Assembly: GCF_009914755.1 (NCBI RefSeq)
Contig: NC_060928.1
DNA length: 64,000 nucleotides
From: the human T2T-CHM13v2.0 reference genome, Homo sapiens
Strand: one strand, 5' to 3'
Positions 29,296 through 49,256 of this stretch are shown here, in pieces. Position 1 is the first letter of the stretch; the number at the start of each line of letters is the position of its first letter. Under the pieces are notes generated by a model. The model did no database searches, was not told where the DNA came from, and saw only the letters and a program-made list of their open reading frames with translations. The position numbers and the translations under genes are program-made.

Positions 29296-31451
29296 CCCAC
29301 CACCAATCCCCCTAATGTAACTAGATCCTTCTCTGTTTTATGTAATATTTCAAGAGCAAGTTTTTACAAAATGTTCTTAAATATAATACAAATGCCTTAT
29401 GATCAAGAAACACATGTAAGTCATTCCCCCAAATTATTTTGTTTATTGATAGAGTATGAAGAGTTCTAGAAATAACCCAATGCCTATAAAGCTATACTGT
29501 ACTGTAGATGCAAAATTAGTTATAGTTAAAAGATGATTAACTGTAAGTAAAATTGAGGAGTGTTCATATAATTGTTTACTGTCATGCTAAGCTTGAGTAT
29601 CACTAAAACTTACCCTAAATGAATTATTCATACTTGAGTTTTTTTGAAAAAGTTCATGGAGCTCATTAGCACAGGATAAAATTAGAAAATAAAATATCAT
29701 GGTGAGTTCTATAAGAATCTGGAATTGGACCCAAAATTAAAGACTAGCACATCAAAAATAAAATCTAGAAGACTTTTTTTTCCAAAGGAGATATTCAGCA
29801 AGATGGTTCTGTGCCCCGAAGGTGATTAGGAACCCAATCTCTTAGGCAACATAGGCCAGTAGCATTCCCCAATAATTAAGAGTAACAAAGATGGTACCCA
29901 CACCTCCAAAAGCCTCCTGAGAGGCAATACCAGCATCCCAGGTAACAATAAACAATAAGGATTCTTATCTAAGGTTTTGTGTTGATGTAATTCATAGGTC
30001 TTTTTCTCTTGAATTATCTTGTCATTTCCTAAAATAACCTTATTTTTCCTGAAAATATTTTAATGATTTTTAGTAAAGATAACCTCAGAAAATTTAATTT
30101 TCTATCACACATTTTGCACTATTCCTTGAAGAGTAACTTTTGAAGAGTCAATTTATGCTGAACATAAAATATTTCTATAAGGAACATAAAATTTTATCCC
30201 TCATATTACAAGATACTGTTATTATCAATTTATTGTTTTTAGCATTAATAAACTTTCTTACTTTCCACAGTACTCAATTCTTCAAGGTATACATATTGGA
30301 CACTTTCTTCTACAGTACCTGTAAGTTTATTTTTGTCTACAAACTATAATTTTGTGTTTTGATTTTGTCATCTCAGTTTTTCATGTATGTGTATGCATGC
30401 ATGCAAAATAAAAAGAAATAGATGATGCATGCATGTCATTGTAAGGAATTGTAATGAATTGAATGAAATATCCTGCTAATATTATGAACTAAATAGTAGA
30501 TTGCTTCCTAACATCATATGTTCTACTGTGTTTGGAAATGGCTAGATATCACCAGTAAAAGATTAGCCGCATGGTGAAATATGTGTGTTGAATATGTGTG
30601 TTGGCCAGGGGGAAAGGTACCCTGAGGTCCATAATGAATGTCTAAGACTTTGTCCACCACTATTTTAGGCTTTCAGAGATCTTTACTAGTATATATGAGC
30701 CACACAAATATTATAACCATTTTTCTCCTGTTTCTGAGATATTGTTATGAGATAATTAGTATAAATATTGTCTAAATAGATGGATTGCTCCTCATGTAAA
30801 ATGTAGTTTGGAGAAACTCAGGTTTAAACTTTTTAAAGGAGAAAACACAGTCTTGAAGTAGAATTTCCAGTCCAAAAAAAGGTATAGTATATGGGCTTTA
30901 AAAACTTCCCCTTTAATTTGATTGCACTGTGGTCTAAGAGACTGTTATGATTTCCATTTGTTTGCATTTGCTGAGGAGTGTTTTACTTCCAATTATGTGA
31001 TCAATTTTAGAATAAGTATGATGAGGTGCTGAGAAGAATGTATATTCTGTTGATTTGGGGTGGAGATTTCAGTAGATGTCTATTAGATCTACTCGGTCCA
31101 GAGCTGAGTTCAAGTCCTGAATATCCCTGTTAATTTTCTGTCTTGTTGATCTGTCTAATATTGACAGTTGGGAGTTAAAGTCTCCCACTATTATTGTGTG
31201 GGAGTCTCAGTCTCTTTGTAGGTCTCTAAAAACTTGCTTTATGAATCTGGGTGCTCCTGTGTTGGGTGCATATATATTTAGGATAGATAGCTCTGCTTGT
31301 TGCATTGATCCCTTTACCATTATGTAATGCCCCTTTTTGTCTCTTTTGATCTTTGTTGGTTTAAAGTCTGTTATATCAGAGATTATGATTGCAACTCCTG
31401 ATTCTTTTCTTTCCATTTGCTTGGTAAATCTTCTTTCATCCCTTTATTTTG

Positions 31452-34070
<2,619 letters not shown>

Positions 34071-35299
34071 TTATTTTGAGCCTATGTGTATGTTTGCATG
34101 TGAGATGGGTCTCCTGAACACAGCACACTGATGGGACTTGACTCTATCCAATTTGCCCATCTGTGTCTTTTAATTGGGACATTTAACCTGTTTACTTTTA
34201 AGGCTAATATTGCTATGTTTGAATTTGATCCTGTCATTATTATGCTAGCTGGTTATTTTGACTGTTAGTTGATTCAGTTTCTTCATAGCGTCATGGTCTT
34301 TACAATTTGGCATGTTTTTGCAGTGGCTGGTGCCAGTTGTTCCTTTCCATGTTGTTTAGTGCTTCCTTCAGGAGCTCTTGTAAGGCAGGCCTGGTGGTGA
34401 CAAAATCTCTCAGCATTTGCTTGCGTATAAAAGATTGTATTTCTCCTTCAATTATGAAACTTAGTTTGGCTGGATACGAAATTCTGGTTTGAAAATTCTT
34501 TTCTTTAAGAATGTTGAATATTGGCCCCCACTCTCTTCTGGCTTGTAGAGTTTCTGTTGAGAGATCTGCTGTTAGTCTGATGGGCTTTCCTGCGTGGGTA
34601 ATCCAACCTTTCTCTCTGGCTGCTCTTAACATTTTTTCCTTCATTTCAACCTTGACGAATCTGATGATTATGTTTCTTGGGGTTACTCCTCTCAAGGAGT
34701 ATCTTTGTGGTGTTCTCTGTATTTCCTGAATTTGAACGTTGGCCTGCCTTGCTAGGTTGGGGAAATTTTTCTGGGTAATAGCCTGAGGAGTGTTTTCCAA
34801 CTTGGTCCCATTTTCCCATCACTTTCAGGTACACCAATCAAATGTACATTTGGTCTTTTCACATAGTCCCATATTTCTTGGAGGCTTTGTTCATTTCTTT
34901 TTATTCTTTTTTCTCTAATCTTGTTTTATTGCTTTATTTCATTAAGTTGATCTTCAATCTCTGATATCCTTTATTCTGCTTGATCCATTTGGCTGTTGAT
35001 ACTTGTGTATGCTTCACGAAGTTCCCATGTGTATTTTTCAGCTCAATTAGATCATTTATAGTCTTCTCTAAGCTGGTTATTCTAGTTAGCAATTCTTCTA
35101 ACCTTTTTTCAAGGTTCTTCGCTTCCTTGTATTGGGTTAGAACATGCCCCTTTAGCTCGGAGGAGTTTGTTATTACCCATCTTCTGAAGCCTACTTCTGT
35201 CAATTCATCAAACTCATTCTCCGCCCAACTTTGTTCCCTTGCTGGCGAGGAGTTGTAGTCCTTGGAGGAGAAGAGACATTCTAGTTTTTGGAATTTTCA

Positions 35300-36643
35300 G
35301 CCTATTTGTGCTGTTTTCTTCCCATCTTTGTGGATTTATCTACTTCAGTCTTTGATGCTGGTGACCTTCAGATGGGATCTTTGAGTGGACATGCTATTCC
35401 TTTCTGTTTGTTAGTATTCCTTCTAACAGACTCTTCTGCTGCAGGTCTGTTGGAGTTTGCTGGAGGTACACCCCAGACCCTGTTTGCCTGAGTATCACCA
35501 GTGGAGGGTGGAAAACAACAAAGATTGCTGCCTGTTCTTTCCTCTGGAAGTTTCATTCCAGAGGAGCACCTGCCAGATGCCAATGAGAGCTCTCCTATAT
35601 GAGGTGTCTATCAGCCCCTACTGGGAGGTGTCTCCCAGTCAGGATACATGGGGCTCAGGGATCCACTTGAGGAGGCAGTCTGACCCTTAGCAGAGCTCAA
35701 ACTCTGTGCTGGGAGGTCTGCTGCTCTCTTCAGAACCATGAGGCAGGGATGTTTAAGTCTGCTGAAGCTGCATCCACAGCTGCCCCTTCCCCAAGGAGCT
35801 CTGTCCCAGGGAGATGAGTGTTTTATCTTTAAGTCTCTGACTGGGGCTGCCTTTTTTTCAGAGATGCACTGCCCAGAGAGGAGAAATCTGTCAGTCTGGC
35901 CACAGCAGACTTGCTGAGCTGCAGTGGGCTCCACCCAGTTAAAACTTCCCAGTGGCTTTGTTTACGCTGTGAGGGTAAAACCGCCTACTCAAGTCTCAGC
36001 AATGGCGGACGCCCCTCCTCCCACAAAGCTAGAGCATCCCAGGTCAATGTCAGACTGCTGCTGTGCTGGCAGCTAAAATTTCAAGCCAGTGGATCTTAGT
36101 TTTCTGGACTCTCTGGGGATGGGACCCACTGAGCCAGACCACTTGGCTCCCTGGCTTCAATACGCCTTTCCAGGGTAGTGTCTTGCTGGCATTCCAGGTG
36201 TCACTCTGGTATGAAAAAAAAAAAAAAAAAAAAAAAAAACAACTCCTGCAAGTAGTTCAGTGTCTGCCCAAACGGCCGCCCAGTTTTGTGCTTGAAACCC
36301 ATGGCCCTGGTGAGGTATGCACCGAAGGGGATCTCCTGGTCTGCAGGTTGCAAAGACCATGGGAAAAGCACAGTATCTGAGCCAGAGCACAGGGTTCATC
36401 AGGCTCAGTTCCTCACGGCTTCCCTTGGGTAGGGGAGAACATTCCCTGACCCCTTGTGCTTCCCGGGTGAGGCAACAACCCACCCTGCTTCAGCTTGCCC
36501 TCCATGGGCTGAACCCACTGTCAAACCAATCCCAATGAGATGAATTGGGCACTACAGTTGGAAATGCAGAAAACACCCGCCTTCTGTGTTGATCTAGCTG
36601 GGAGCTGCAGACCTGAGCTATTCTTATTCAGCCATCTTTCCAG
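35300..36643 (-). promoter_or_regulatory. L1 5' UTR internal promoter with YY1 core site
   Basis: gccatctt (AAGATGGC on the minus strand) at 36631-36638 at the L1 5' terminus; most CpGs decayed. Confidence 0.6.
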
Positions 36644-39600
36644 AACTCAGGATAAAGAAACTCACTCAAAACTGCACAACTACATGGAAACTGAACAACC
36701 TGCTCCTGAATGACTACTGGGTAAATAACGAAATGAAGGCAGAAAAAAAGATGTTCTTCGAAACCAATGAGAATGAAGACACAATGTACCAGAATCTCTG
36801 GGACACATTTAAAGCAGTGTGAAGAGGGAAATTTATAGCACTAAATACCCACAAGAGAAAGCAGGAAAGAGATAAAATTAACACCCTAACATCAAAATTA
36901 AAAGAACTAGAGAAGCAACAGCTAACAAATTCAACAGCTAACAGAAGATAAGAAATAACCAAGATGAGAGCAGAACTGATGATGGAGGTAGAGACATGAA
37001 AAACACCAAAAAATCAGTGAATCCAGAAGCTCATTTTTTGAAAAGATCAACAAAATAGATAGACGGCTAGCCAGACTAATAATGAAGAAAAGAAAGAAGA
37101 ATCAAATATATGCAATAAAAATGGTATAGGGGATTTCACCAATGATCCCACAGAAATACAAACTACCATCAGAGAATACTATGAACACCTCTATGCAAAT
37201 AAACTAGAAAATCTAGAAGAAATGGATAAATTCCTGTACACATACACCCTCCTAAGGGTGTATGTGTCCAAATCAGGAAGAAGTCCATTCCTTGAATAGA
37301 ACAATAACAAGTTCTGAAATTGAGGCAGTAATTAATAGGCTACCAACCAAAAAAGTCCAGGACCAGATGGATTCACAGCCGATTTCTACCAGAGATACAA
37401 AGAGGAGATGGTACTATTTCTTCTGAAACTATTACAAATAATAGGAAACAGGGAATCCTCCTTAACTCATTTTATGAGGCCAGCATCATCCTGATACCAA
37501 AACCTGGCAGAGACACAACAAAAAAAAGAAAATTTCAGGCGAATATCCCTGATGAACATCAATTCAAACATCCATAACAAAATATTGGCAAATATTGAAC
37601 TCAGCAGCACATCAAAAAGCTTATCCACCATGATCAATTCAGCTTCATACCTGGGATGCAAGTCTAGTTCAACATATACAAATCAATAAACATAATCCAT
37701 CACATAAAGAGAGCCAATAACAAAAAACATATGATTATCTCAATGGATGCAGAAAAGGCCTTTGACAAAATTCAACACCCCTTCATGCTAAAAACTCCCA
37801 ATAAACTAGGTATCAATTGAATGTATTTCAAAATAATAAGAGCTATTTATGACAAACTTACAGCCATTATCATACTGAATGGGCAAAAACTGGAAGCACT
37901 CTATTTGAAAACTGGCACAAGACAGGGATGCCCTCTCTCACCACTCCTATTCAACATAGTATTGGAAGTTTTGGCCAGGGCAGTCAGGCAAGAGAAAGAA
38001 ATAAAGCGTATTCAAATAGGAAGAGAAGAAGTCAAATTGCCCATGTTTGCAGATGACATGATTGTTTATTTAGAAAACCCCATCCTCTCAGCCCAAAATC
38101 TCCTTAAGCTGATAAGCAACTTCAGCAAAGTCTCAGGATACAAAATGATGTGCAAAAACACAAGCATTCCTACATACCAATAACAGACAAACACACAGCC
38201 AAATCCTGAGTGAACTCCCATTCACAATTGCTACAAAGAGAATAAAATACCTAGGAATACAACTTACAAAGGATGTGAAGGACATCTTCAAGGGGTACTA
38301 CAAACCACTTCTCAAGGAAATAAGACAGGACACAAATGGAAAAACATTTCATGCTCATGGATAGGAAGACTCAATATTGTAATAATGGCCATAGTGCCCA
38401 AAGTAATTTATAGACACAATGCTATCCTCATCCAGCTACCATTGACTTTCTTCACAGAATTGGAAAAAACTACTTTAAACTTCATGTGGAATCAAAAAAG
38501 AGCCCACATAGCCAAGACAAACTTAAGCAAAAAGAACAAAGCTGGAGGCATCACACTACCTGACTTCAAACTATATTACAAGGCTACAGTAACGAAAACA
38601 GCATGGTACTGGTACTAAAACAGATATATAGGCCAATGGAACAGAACAGAGGCCTTATACATAATACCACTCATCTACAATCTTCTGATCTTGGACAAAC
38701 CTGACACAAACAAGCAATGGGGAAAAGATTCCCTATTTAATAAATGGTGTTGGGACAACTGACTAGCCATATGCAGAAAACTGAAACTGGATCCCTTCCT
38801 TACACCTTATACAAAAATTAACTCAAGAGGGATTAAAGGCTTAAACATAAGACCTAATCATAAAAACCCTAGAAGAAAACCTAGGCAATACCATTCGGGA
38901 TATAGGCATGGGCAAAGACTTTATGTCTAAAACACCAAAAGCAATGGCAACAAAAGCCAACATTGAAAAATGGGATCTCATTAAACTAAAGAGTTTCTGC
39001 ACAGCAAAAGAAACTATTATCAGAATGAACAGGCAACTTACAGAATGGGAGAAAATGTTTGCAATCTATTCATGTGACAAAGGGCTAATATCTGGAATCT
39101 TCAGAGAACTTAAAGAAATTTACAGGAAAAAAACAAACAACCCCATCAAAAAGTGTGTGAAGGATATGAACAGACACTTCTCAAAAGAAGACATTTATGC
39201 AGCCAACAGACATACGAAAAAAACTCATCATCACTGGTCATTAGAGAAATGCAAATCAAAACCACAATGAGATACCATCTCACACCAGTTAGAATGGCGA
39301 TCATTAAAAAGTCAGGAAACAAAAAATGCTGGAGAGTATGTGGAGAAATAGAAATGCTTCTACACTGTTGGTTGGAGTGTAAATTAAGTCAACCATTGTG
39401 GAAGACAGTGTGACGATTCCCCCAAGGATCTAGAACTAGAAATACCATTCTACCCAGCAATCCCATTACTGGGTATATACCTAAATGTTATAAATCATTC
39501 TATTATAAAGACACATACACACGTATGTTTATTGCAGCACTATTCACAATAGCAGACTTGGAACCAACCCAAATGTCCGTCAATGATAGACTGGATAATG

Positions 39601-42059
39601 AAAATGTGGGACATATACACCATGGAATACTATGCAGCCATAAAAAAGGATGAGATCATGTCTTTTGCAGGGACATGGATGAAGCTGGAAACCAGCATTC
39701 TCAGCAAAATGACACAAGAACAGAAAACCAAACACCACATGTTCTCACTCATGAGTGGGAGTTGAACAATGAGAACACATGGACAGAGGGAGGGGAACAT
39801 CACACACCAGGCTTCTTGGGGGGTTGGGGGACTAGGGGAGGTATAGTATTAGGAGAAATACCTAATGTAGGTGACCGGTTGATGAGTGCAGCAAACCACC
39901 ATGGCACCTGTATACCTATGTAACAAAACTGCATGTTCTGCACATGTACCCCAGAACTTAAAGTATAATTAAAAAAAAGAAAGAAAAAGAAAAAAAAAAC
40001 ACTTCCCCTTTTTTGGCATCCAGTGAACCATATTATGAACTCACTAAATAATACTACACAAACAGAGTTGATTGGAGGAATAAAAGGACACATACAATAA
40101 CACATCATTAATTATTTCTACAGCAAGAAATCTTTTTGAATTTTTTGTTAGTTTTACCTTTTATAAAATGTAATTCTCTAAGGAAGGACAGAAGTATTAC
40201 ACGGTAAGAGGGAGTCTCCATCATGGGGCAGCTGACTCTGTCTTGAAAAGGTAGGAAAATAATCATTCCTGGTCCCAACTGGGATTTATTTACCATAGTG
40301 TTACCAAATTTACAGGAAAGGGTACTACATTTCCCAAATCACCTTCATTTTATTCCAATCCATACAATTCAGGATTTATATGAGTAATTTAACAAGACAT
40401 TATGAGTACTTCCTTTGGATTGTGTTTTGCATGTTGTCTTACTTAGCTAAGAAGGGATTTTTATTATGTCCTTATAGTACTTGTGAGACAAGAAATTAAA
40501 ATACTGAAGCCCAAATATCCATATATAAACCAATTTTGCTCTGGCAAAATCTATTAGTAAAAAGCAAAAAGAGAAGTATTTAGTCAAAAGACTACTAATA
40601 GAAAGAATCCAAAAAAGTTTTACAATACTGGATGTTTATTCAAATAGAAGAAACTGTCATGATTGAAGAATATATATTTATTTCTGATAGTCAACATGAT
40701 TTTTAACTCTTAAGTCACTAGGTTTAACAACAGTAAATATGGTAAATCAACCATACTGTAGTCTATTCTGGTTTCCATTAAAAATAATATCTAACCACAT
40801 TGAGTTTCTCAGGAGTTTTGCAATGGAATTAAATGACAGCATTAAGATATTCTAATAATTCCATACCAAAATCTTATTGCTTATTGATCCTACATCCAAA
40901 ATAAGCTTTTTGTTTTTTCTACTGTGATGTTGGCGGAGAGTTAAAATCTAAGATTTTAAAGTTTAAAATTCCAAAAAATTAAAAATTCTTAGGTTATTGA
41001 CAAAATTAATTAGTCTGAAATTTAACTCTTGTGCTTTTTAATTAAAAGTCCTAAAAAATTAAAGTTCAAAATTCATTACTCTCAAGGTCTTACTATGCTC
41101 AATCTTAACTAGAGATTTTTCTGTCTAGACAGACTTGAAGTCCATTCAGTAGCTAGAGCCCAGCCCTGTATTGCCCATATTTATTTCAGGATCTCAGAAT
41201 TGGAATGGATATTTCATTTACCATACCTTAAGGGAATCCTTAGGACATCATAAATTATTATAGCACAATTCACAATGAAAAAAATCTAGAAAACATGCTA
41301 ACCTCTAAAGGGCTTATATTGGGAAAATTTATATTTGCAAAATCTCACTATTTGTACAACCTAACATGATAGTAAAACCTCAAAAAACTCTAAGCGGTTT
41401 ATAGAAGACAAGAAAAATCTTAGTTTCAGTTTCATCAGAATACCAGCCTCATTATTAAAAGTCAGATTGGAAAGAAATTCCCAATAAATTTTGAGAAAAT
41501 CTTATTGACACCCATCCCCATCCAAAAAAAAAAAAAAAAAAAAAGAACTTTGTTGTAAGAACAAGGATTAATTGTGCCGGTAATCCTTTTATTTCAATAA
41601 ATTATTTTTTGCTCCTTTAAAAAATATTAGGGATTTTTTTCTGATAAAGTGTTCCTTTTTGTCCATATTTTCAGGTCGTCTTTTAATTCTTTAATCACTT
41701 TTTAATACAGTATATATTAGGTAGGAGAGCTCTCTGATAGGAAGCATCATAGTAAGATGGTTACAAGCAAGAACACCAAAGTTTGAGTATGTAACATATT
41801 TTATATGTGCAGAGAGGTAGTATTCTAAATTTATCTGTTTCATTTTCATAATATGGAAAATAGGGAAGTTATCAATATCTGTTTGCAATCTTTTGAGAAC
41901 TAAATGTTAGCACAGGTGAAAACTGAGGATATGCTGTGATACACAGTACACACTCATTAAATAATAGCTATTTATATATTACATAAAATTTTAAGAGAAT
42001 CTATCCCTGCTATGTGTTCTTCCTGCTTATTCTTGCTGTATGAAATAAGATATTAATGC

Positions 42060-45100
<3,041 letters not shown>

Positions 45101-45774
45101 CTTTAGTGCATTTAATGACACTTCTCTCCTATCCTTCAATTATCTGAATGCCATTTATCTGCCTTCTAAGTAAGCAATAACCATTATGGCCTGTTCTTCC
45201 TCATGAATTAAAAACTAATATGAAGAAATATACACTATTAGTGGAAACATTAGTAGCTCTTCACATTTTATTTTTAATTCATCAATAGAATAGGAAACTT
45301 ATTAAATAAAAATAAGTATAGATGCATGTATTTATTCTCCATAGATTATTTCAGTCATAAGAATTATAGTTTGTTAGTTGTAATAAAAAATCAAAACCAT
45401 ATATTGTTTGAGAATTATCCTGATCTTTGTAGACCTTCCTGCTTCTAAGTGAGAAACAAAAATTTGAATTTCAGAAAGAGGCTCAGTGATTAAATTAAGA
45501 GTAGGGATACAAATGAAGTTTTGACTGAAGGCAGAGCTATGGAATATAGAAGTCCTAAAAAAGTGAAAATGCCTCCATACCTGTAATAATTTTCCTCATT
45601 AGCAGTTTCAGAATTTAAAGGACATGTTAGAAGATGGCCTTTGTTGGAAATAAAATTATTTTGTTTTTGGTTCCTAATATCAAATAACTCAAATATGGGT
45701 CAATTATTTTCACATACAAGAAAATTAAATTTTGTAAATTATCTGTAAGAACTCATAAGCCCAGTTACCACACA

Positions 45775-46113
45775 TGCTATGGTTTGAATGTTCGTCCCCT
45801 CTAAAATTCGTGTTCAAATTTAATTGTCAATGTAACAGCACTTGGAAGTGGGGTATTTAAGAGGTGATTAGGCCGTGAAGGCTCTACTCTCATAACTAGT
45901 CTAAAGTCTTTACAAAAGAACTTTCAGGAGTCGGTTCCCTCTCTCCTTCTCACCTTTCACCATGTGCTGATGCAACAAGAAGGCTCTCACCAGATGCCAG
46001 CATCTTAATATTGAAATTCCTAGCCTCCAGAATGATAATCTAATATATTTCTGTTCGTTGTAAATTACCCAGTCTCAATATTCTGTTTTAGCAGCACAAA
46101 ATAAACTAAAACA
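45775..46113 (+). mobile_element. MaLR solo LTR (MSTD/MLT1A-like)
   Basis: tgctatggtttgaatgttcgtcccc...ctctcaccagatgcc...gcagcacaaaataaactaaaaca; TSD acaca/accca. Confidence 0.88.
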
Positions 46114-46384
46114 ACCCATAGACTGGGAAAACAAAAAATGGAGGAAGGCTACACTCTGCATCTCTTTTATCTTGTCATTTTTGAGAGAGACGTATAATGG
46201 AGTATGTCTGCATTATAAGAAAAACAAACAACAGGGCAAGTATGATAACGAAATGCAACTTACTTTTAGTCTTGGTTATTAGAGCTACAATAAGGGCTGG
46301 TAGAGATTGTGGAAAATTGGGAAGTCCATGGCCTTGTGTAAATTAGGAACACACTCACCAACTCCTGTTGTTTATGCTGAGTCT

Positions 46385-46545
46385 AGTAGTTCCAGAGAGT
46401 CTGACATTTCAAGATAATCTGGAAAACCATATTTCATATGAATTATTCCAATTTTTAAATGTTGCTACAAAACAGTTGTATGCCAAACAATATAAATCTA
46501 CATGTTAAATCTGTGCTTTAGATCACCAGCAATTTCTGAAATATT
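46385..46545. mobile_element. MER102-like hAT fragment
   Basis: tctggaaaaccatatttcatatgaattattccaatttttaaatgttg...gccaaaca. Confidence 0.4.
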
Positions 46546-46699
46546 GGCTTTGGTTTCAAGCAGTCTGTCAACTGTTGTTCAGAATGGAAAAAATAATTTT
46601 GAAATGACATCAATCAAAGCCCTATTTATGATTGAGTTGTCAAAGCCAGTCATTTATTTGTTTAATCTTAGATACTGTGATATGATAGCCAAGATATCT

Positions 46700-47510
<811 letters not shown>

Positions 47511-47949
47511 GACTTCTTACAGCATTCTTGCTCAATAGATTAATGAACTCACAGATTGATTAATCATGTTTTCCCTGTAAAATCTAACATACACATACAT
47601 CAGGGGCTTGTGGTGTACATCCTTACCTTTGTCTTGTTTAATATCATTGAGTCACGATTTTGCAAAGAAAACAAAAAACCCACAAGTTTTATTCAAATGA
47701 ACCAGTTTTCTCTACGCTTCATTGAAGTAAGAACTGAAATTTTTATGATCTGAAATTTTTTAAAAAAATAGGGAGATGGTGTGGATCAGTTCAATGTTTT
47801 CTGATTACTTACCGTATTAAAGTAGTAGAGATTAGTGAGCCAAGCATAATTGATAATTAAAAATAAGATAGATTTTTCAAATACTTAAAGCCTCCAACAA
47901 GCCCTTCACAAATCTTGGCTATGGATAAAGATAAAAACAAGTAATTTTA

Positions 47950-48275
47950 AAGGGTAGCAGGTAGTGGGGGATAAAGTTAAGATGGTTAAGGGGTACAAAG
48001 ATCCAGTTAGAATGAATACGATATAATACTCAGTAGCACAGTATGTTGGCTATAATTAACAATATTCTATTTTATATTTTAAAATAACTAAAAGACTGAA
48101 ATTAGAATGTTCCTAACATAAATAAATGACAAATGCTTGAGGTGATCGATACCCCAATTATCCTGATTTGATTATTAACCCTGATTTGGCCATGCCTGCA
48201 TCAAAACATGACATGTACCCCATAAATATATACAACTATTATATTCCCATAATAATTAAAATTTTAAAATAAAAA
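47950..48275 (+). mobile_element. L1MA (MA2-4-like) 3' end
   Basis: ttttaaaataactaaaaga...aatgcttgaggtgat...atgtaccccataaatatatac. Confidence 0.85.
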
Positions 48276-48639
48276 TATATGTGGAGCAGCCAATATTATA
48301 CTGATGGAACATAATCAGATTATGACATTTCTAACCTTTAAAACCCTATGATAATGTTTTATATCACTCAGAATAAAACTGTAAGTTATTACAATGGTTT
48401 TCTCAGTCACCTCTTTCAGATATCTACTCAAACATCACCTTTTGCTGTTGCATTCCTGATGATAGTAATTAAGACTGCAGTACCTCCAGTCTCCTATTTT
48501 CCTCTTCTTTGCTTGATTTTGCTAAATATTTACTTATTTGTTTATATCTTTTTTCTTTCTTTACTAGAAATGTAAACTATACAAGTGCAGGCATTTTCAT
48601 CAACTGAATTTTACTAATGTATTCTGTATTTTTACTAAT

Positions 48640-48758
48640 GTATATTCTGCATTTGTCATTTATTTATGTTAGGAGCATTCTAATTTCACTCTTTAGTTAT
48701 TTTAAAATATACAATAGAATGTTGTTAATTATAGCCAACCTACTGTGCTACTGAGTAT

Positions 48759-48760
<2 letters not shown>
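48640..48760 (-). mobile_element. L1MA 3' UTR fragment
   Basis: ctctttagttattttaaaatatacaata...gttaattatagccaacctactgtg. Confidence 0.65.

Positions 48761-48762
<2 letters not shown>

Positions 48763-48799
<37 letters not shown>
48763..48799. repeat. (TA)n microsatellite
   Basis: Pure TA run of ~37 bp. Confidence 0.95.
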
Positions 48800-48802
<3 letters not shown>

Positions 48803-48926
48803 AATTCGGGTATAAATGCCTATAATTTATACACACACAAAACACAAAATAAATACACACACACATAGTCATGCAAGCTAAATAATTATATGGACTAAAT
48901 AGAAGTATGAAATAGACATTCAATAT

Positions 48927-49256
48927 TCTTTCTTTCTTTTTCTTTTTTTGTTTCTTTTTTTTTTTTTTTTTCTTTGAGACAGAGTTGTTTAGCCACCCAG
49001 GCTGGAGTGCAATAGCGTGATCTCAGCTCACTGCAACCTCCGCCTCCTGGGTTCAAGTGATTCTCCCGCCTCATCCTCCTGAGTAGCTGGGATTACAGGC
49101 ATGTGCTACCATGTCCAGCTAATTTTTGTATTTTTAGTAGAGACAGGGTTTCACCATGTTGGCCAGGCTGGTCTCAAACTCCTGACCTTAAGTGATCTGT
49201 CCACCTTGGCCTCCCAAAGTGCTGGAATCACAAGCATGAGCTGCTGCACTCAGCCC
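48927..49256 (-). mobile_element. AluS (Sz/Sx-like)
   Basis: Antisense Alu with a T-rich tail and ctcctgaccttaagtgatc. Confidence 0.93.

Noticed and set aside
29788-29941. Possible exon (ttttttccaaag ... CAG|gtaaca)
   Set aside because: Stops in all three frames, moderate splice sites, no other support.
30579-30604. 13-bp tandem duplication aatatgtgtgttg and similar micro-duplications (~48160, ~48610, ~55100)
   Set aside because: Ordinary slippage events with no sign of function.
40122-40250. Possible exon (tttctacag ... ACG|gtaaga or AAG|gtagga)
   Set aside because: U-rich, intron-like body with no coding signal; indistinguishable from a pseudo-exon.
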